Shown here: positions 58,983 to 64,000 of the stretch, in pieces
Position numbering within the stretch: the stretch's first letter is position 1
Layout of the letters: every line of letters starts with the position of its first letter
From: Nemertoderma westbladi
Lineage: Eukaryota > Animalia > Xenacoelomorpha
Direction of reading: 5' to 3'
Assembly (NCBI GenBank): GCA_032718475.1
Contig: JAUCBJ010002610.1
Coordinates: forward strand, 1-64,000
DNA: 64,000 nt
Notes under the pieces: model-generated
Databases searched by the model: none
What the model was told of the DNA's origin: nothing
The model's input: the letters and a program-made list of their open reading frames with translations, nothing else
Position numbers and translations under genes: made by a program

Positions 58983-60480
58983 TGTTCGCGCTTTCAGACC
59001 TTCAGCAGTTTAACCTGCCAAATTTAGATGTCTTTAGATTATAAATAGACTTTAGCATATGACGAGTATTTGATGCACTACATTAGCCGAAGCCAGTCTA
59101 TGCGCGACCATTCACCCGCTGGATATACCCGGGAGACTGGATTCGGAAGCTTTGACCTTATTGCGGTGTAGGCCTACTGTATTATTCGACTGATCGTTAA
59201 TATATAATTTCTGACAAATATTATTCACTTTCGGGAAATATCAACAGTTCCTTTTGGACGTGGCGCTCTAAATATGTAAACAGAGTTATGACTTACACTA
59301 GACACAACGGGATGGCTATGGATTCACGTATAAAGCGCATTCTTTAGGAGATGCTTTGTTATCAGTCACAATCATGCACACTACCGCACAATGCTGCACA
59401 CCGATCTGCCGACCTTCACTAATTTTAGTCACATATAAAGAGAACAACAACCGACACATGTAGTGCCTATGAAATAGCATTAGATTCACTCCAAAACCAC
59501 TTTAATGAAGTCGCAATTGCTATATGTAACCGGTCTCTTACCTTCAGTATATCAAGAAGATTGGGGGTTTTATGATTATTTATCGATATTATCCAAATAT
59601 AATAATATTCCATCAACTGATATAATTAATAACCGACAGTGAATAGCAGTAAAAATGCGGTGTTTGTAGTTGACAATATGATTTGCATTGATATGCAGTG
59701 TGTTGATTTGACATGCAGTGTGGTTTGATTTGATTTGATAACGGTTATACGTTTCTATGACCAAAGCCTACTAATGTTTTGCTAAAGTCTGAAACTTCCA
59801 CAGAAGTACAGAAGAATCCTAAGCCGGTGTTCAGGGCTTAGAAAGATACACACACACTGACTGACTTGCATGAGTTTCTGTATACAATCTCCAACACAGA
59901 GTGAAAACCGCTCTGATTGGTCGACCGAACAAAGAACGAACAAAGAACAAAGAAAAAGTTACACGTGGACACAGCTGATAGATGTCGTCATCGGAGTTCC
60001 GATGTTTAGAGTATTTGGCTTATTGCGACATAAAATCGCTAGTTATGTCCGCTAAAGTACACATACAGAAGAAATGGCTTTTTATGTCCACTAAAACACC
60101 GGTACAGTAAGGAAACGGCTTTTTATGTCCGTTAAAACAACTACAGAGTACTTTGCGGGGAAAATAACCAGCTAATTCCGCAAAAGCCTTTACACCGCTC
60201 CCAGAAAATGGGATTTAATTCTATAAAATATAAAAAATCACAGTTTCTAAAATATAAAAATACTCTAAACAGTTAGTCCTTCTTACGCGGACGGCGTTTA
60301 CGCAGTTTTTTGAGGCTTGCAAGAGTCCTTTTCTCTTTGGGGCGAGCCACTTTATTAGGAGGGCTATAACTCCTGGGTGAAGGGTGCAATACAATTGCAT
60401 CAGAAGGTTTAGGATTACGATCGGTGTATCCGCCGGTCGAGGTACCTGGTTGATCGATATCAACTTCAGTGGAGCGAGGT

Positions 60481-61944
60481 CTAACGGCCTTTAGGGCGCG
60501 TCTTAGGACAGCAGCTCCTACTGGTCCCTGACGAGTCGTCTGGACAATAGCGGTAGGTGGACCGTGAGTGGTGAGGTTTAATGGTTCTTTCCAGCTCGCG
60601 TTCTCGGGCTCGATATTCGTAGGGCCGTCGAGATACTTCCTGTAACTCAGGGTGCGAGTTAATAAATAAATCGCCATACTCAGGGTCTTGACGGATGAAA
60701 TTGATCAAATGGTATGAATTAATATCGTTAGGATTGACGTTCCTGAGATATTTTCGAACAAATTTGGTGGAAATACACTCACCAACACGCTTCATTAGTT
60801 CGTAACTCGGTGTGCGTATTTTTTGTTCAACAGATGTGAATAGATAAGGATGGAACGCGTAAACTCCCTCGTAGGCGCGTCCAGGGTAATAGCGATGGCG
60901 TGACTCACAATGCAAATCCGCGTTCGCTTCCCAAGCTCGGATGTAGCGCAGGGTAATCATCTCATCTACGCTTTCCAAATCGCGGTTAAAAGGGCAATTA
61001 AAACTGGCATGTCCTTTAAGTTGACAGTGGTGGCAGTGAGTCATAAATTGGGAGCAAACTGCAAAAATGTGCGAGTTATTGAGTCTGCAATACGCACAAT
61101 AGATCTCCATCATCGGTTGTTCGTGGAAATAGGAGCAGGGTACGTCTGAGTCCATAGGGGTGAAATGATCTCTTAATGCGCATAATCGGCAACGTTTTCG
61201 AGAAACATAGTTGGCGTGCCGATAATCGTATGCGGTGAGACATTGTGGACCTTGATACCATTCCAAGACGTAGTCGTTATCGCTGCTCCGGGGCGCTGTA
61301 GGCTGAATCTCCTCAGATTCTAAGCATATTGGTTCGTCTTCCAATTGCATCGCTGAGATAGGTGCGGCTGTCTCCGCAAGCGAACCCACTGTCTGAACTT
61401 CCACGACAGAATAACCCGTGGGTATTCGAGGTCTTTGTATAACAGATGAATGTAAGTTCTGTATACAAACGTCCTTGAAAATGGCGAATCCCGCGCTGTC
61501 TAACTTCTCTGCAGCTGAGTCTCTTAGGCTGAGTTTGGTCAGAGCGCGGTCCTTGAACTGACTATCAACGTTACGGAACGGAGTCAGAAAGCGCCTAAAA
61601 CATTCGAAGCGGATGAATTTATTGTGTTCATCTAGCTTGGCGAGTTTGGTTCCAAGTATTAAGGGATGGGCGCGTATGGTACGACTGCACACATCGGCTA
61701 GCCAACCGGCAAGTGCGGCGTTTTCAAAGATCGTGTATATAGCTAAGGAGGGACGAAGTGGAACACTCATAAAGCTATACACGGCGCCAGGTGCGGTCAA
61801 TGGTCCGTCAAAGTATAATCGAGAATAATGATCTCCGTATACTTGTTGGTAGTTGATAGGATTTCCAACTTTGAAATTCCATCCGTATTCTTGAAAGGCA
61901 AGATGTCCGATGGAGGTTCGTTGTACTTTAGTAATGCCGCTGGG
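60481..61944 (-). CDS. Uncharacterised ORF with a Cys/His zinc-finger cluster; probably the C-terminal part of the exonuclease-like ORF at 63227-64000
   Basis: About 487 open codons of non-repetitive sequence containing CRLCALRDH...C, CAYCRLNNSHIFAVC and CHHCQLKGHASFNC (CX2CX4HX4C knuckle). The listed GTG start lies inside the inserted element. Confidence 0.6.
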   Translation of the reverse strand, partial: PSGITKVQRTSIGHLAFQEYGWNFKVGNPINYQQVYGDHYSRLYFDGPLTAPGAVYSFMSVPLRPSLAIYTIFENAALAGWLADVCSRTIRAHPLILGTKLAKLDEHNKFIRFECFRRFLTPFRNVDSQFKDRALTKLSLRDSAAEKLDSAGFAIFKDVCIQNLHSSVIQRPRIPTGYSVVEVQTVGSLAETAAPISAMQLEDEPICLESEEIQPTAPRSSDNDYVLEWYQGPQCLTAYDYRHANYVSRKRCRLCALRDHFTPMDSDVPCSYFHEQPMMEIYCAYCRLNNSHIFAVCSQFMTHCHHCQLKGHASFNCPFNRDLESVDEMITLRYIRAWEANADLHCESRHRYYPGRAYEGVYAFHPYLFTSVEQKIRTPSYELMKRVGECISTKFVRKYLRNVNPNDINSYHLINFIRQDPEYGDLFINSHPELQEVSRRPYEYRARERELERTIKPHHSRSTYRYCPDDSSGTSRSCCPKTRPKGR

Positions 61945-63228
61945 TGTGGGGCGAGCCACGAAGTTGGCGGAGCCTTAGCGAATTGACACTGTTAGGGGGT
62001 GGGTCAATTTATGCAAATAGTTGTCGTCGTCGTCGTCGTCGTCGTTGTCGTCGTCGTCGTTGTCGTCGTCGTCGTTGTCGTCGTCGTTACGATTTTGACA
62101 TGCTAATAACTTTGTCGGATTTAAAGCTGCCAAGTTGAAAATTTGTAGGTATCAATATGAGCAAAAGTTGAGATTTTTGAGAGACTTTCAGACACCATCA
62201 GTGCAATGGTCTCCCGCTAGAGGGCCACATGTCTAAACATTAAATGGCCACCCATTTCTTTGCTTTTAATCCGTTTAAGCTGAAACTTGGGAAGTATGTA
62301 CTAGACCATTAGCTGTAAATTTCAAAGGAGGCTAATCTGTCTGCAGTTCTCCAGTCTGCCGCTAGAGGGCGAAATGTCCCGAATGTGAAATTATTCTTCC
62401 ATTTAGTTGTTTATGATCTGATTACGCTGAAACTTGTCATATATGTACTAGATGACATCCTGAGTCTTTGTGTGGATTGTAATCGGTCCGAAGTTTTCCA
62501 GTCTCCCGCTAGAGGGCCACATGTCTAAACATTAAATGGCCACCCATTTCTTTGCTTTTAATCCGTTTAAGCTGAAACTTGGGAAGTATGTACTAGACCA
62601 TTAGCTGTAAATTTCAAAGGAGGCTAATCTGTCTGCAGTTCTCCAGTCTGCCGCTAGAGGGCGAAATGTCCCGAATGTGAAATTATTCTTCCATTTAGTT
62701 GTTTATGATCTGATTACGCTGAAACTTGTCATATATGTACTAGAAGACATCCTAAGTCTTTGTGTGGACAGTAATCGGTCCGGAGTTTTCGAGTCTGCCG
62801 CTAGAGGGCGAAATGTAGGAAAGTGATAACCTTTGCGAATTCCTTGATCTTAATCTATTTAAGCTGAATTTTGGAATATACAGTACCGGTATGTACTAGA
62901 CCACATGCCTCGTCTTTGTGAGGAAGGTGATCGATCCGTAGTTCTTTAATATGCCGCTAGAGGGCTAAATGTATGAAAGTGAAAACCTTCCAACATTTCG
63001 TTATTTATGATCCGTCAATCGGAAACTTGGTAGATATGTAATAGACCATAGGATGTGGCTTTGTAGGGAAACTAATCCTTCCTTCTTCAGTTACCCAGTC
63101 TCCCGCTAGAGGGTTAACGTTTTCCGGGAAAATCTTCTCCTATGTTTTTATAATCCTTTCGAGTTGATACTTAGCATTAACTCATTTCACGTGCTGCGCG
63201 AAGGCCCCACTTCGTGTATTTGCATACA
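61945..63228 (+). mobile_element. Non-autonomous Helentron/HINE-like element with an internal ~146-bp tandem array
   Basis: Head TGTGGGGCGAGCCACGAAGT...CCTTAGCG shared with 563(-); AATTGAC/GTCAATT hairpin; subterminal inverted TATGCAAATA (62010) / TATTTGCATA (63217); (GTC)n microsatellite 62022-62086; seven CCGCTAGAGGG-containing units from ~62215 to ~63113. Confidence 0.7.
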
Positions 63229-64000
63229 TAGTGCGGAAGAAACCTCGGCCTTCTGCCCAGGGAGCAATCAGCTGAGTATCGACGAAAGGGTATGGAATGT
63301 TTTCCATGTTCCGAAAGTCGTTTTGGAGATCGCCATAAACAGCTGAGCCGATTTTAAGGATTCTTTCGTTAAACAACACCTCGAGCACAGGCTGGGGTAA
63401 CATCGATCCATCGATACCCATGGCCGGTTTGCGCTCGGTGTCGGTGACGTAACGCTGCGCGAGTTCGAATTGTCCATGTCGGAGTTTCTTTTGTGTCTCG
63501 GTAAGGGTCTCAAAAGAATAATCAATCACATCGGAACACGCTCGAGTAAATACGTGGGTAGAACCAGCTAGTCCTCGTATGTGTATCATTCTCGTACTTC
63601 CCAGTTCTCCAACCGGAACGCTACCTTCGTTATCGTAAGTGACAACTCCATACATCTCGATAACGTTAAGAGTCTCATTCCACTCTTTAGTGGCGTTTTC
63701 TAGAGTCATTCCCACTGGATGCCACAAGGTAGCGCATTCGCTAGCATTAGGTAGATCTCTATACTTTAAATATTGCGTATTATATGTCTCTACATCTCCA
63801 TATCTTTCCACGTCGAGATTCCAGTGTACTAATCGAGTTTTGATGAATCCATCAAGATTATACGGAGGTATTGTCTCTTTCTCTATCCTGGAAACATTAT
63901 AGGGTTTTCGAAATGAGTTTACTTTAACTAACTGATCAAGATGTTTCTGCAGTTGTTCGAGTTCGACAAGATCGAGAGGATTTATTAGTGGTAGAAACCT
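63227..64000 (-). CDS. DEDD/DnaQ-type (WRN/EXD-like) 3'-5' exonuclease-domain ORF, open to the window edge
   Basis: The frame has no stop from 64000 (RFLPLINPLDL...). Motifs: ExoI-like VVTYDNEG, ExoII-like LPQPVLEVLFNERILKIGSAVYGDL, then FVDTQL. Confidence 0.6.

Noticed and set aside
58430-60300. LTR- or promoter-like region (TGTAAGG at ~58587, CCAAT boxes, three ~40-bp TATGTCCRYTAAA repeats at 60040-60140) next to the exonuclease ORF
   Set aside because: No second LTR, primer-binding site or TSD is visible within the window.

Overview
Eukaryotic (probably invertebrate animal) genomic DNA, so not a prokaryotic window. The backbone is a minus-strand gamma-glutamyltransferase gene (GGT7-like type II membrane protein). 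I assembled five coding exons by hand (55892-55925, 52410-52606, 51535-51686, 13419-13542, 8805-8872); all have GT-AG sites and matching phases, and later exons were not found here. Its ~38 kb third intron holds an intronless FBXO41 gene on the opposite strand, a Sola-like DNA transposon with TIRs and TSD, a truncated CRE-type non-LTR retrotransposon, a hAT MITE, foldback DNA and two satellites. About 27 kb of the window is four tandem arrays (44, 21/13, 49 and 41 bp units). The most striking item is the ~16 kb 41-bp array, an amplified copy of the GGT exon-3/intron-3 junction in which most units carry a 5' splice site, a TACTAAC branch-point consensus and a newly created AG. The right end holds an apparently intronless DEDD-type exonuclease plus Cys/His zinc-finger ORF split by a Helentron-like non-autonomous insertion. 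All calls come from reading the sequence; no searches were run, and family names rest on remembered motifs.
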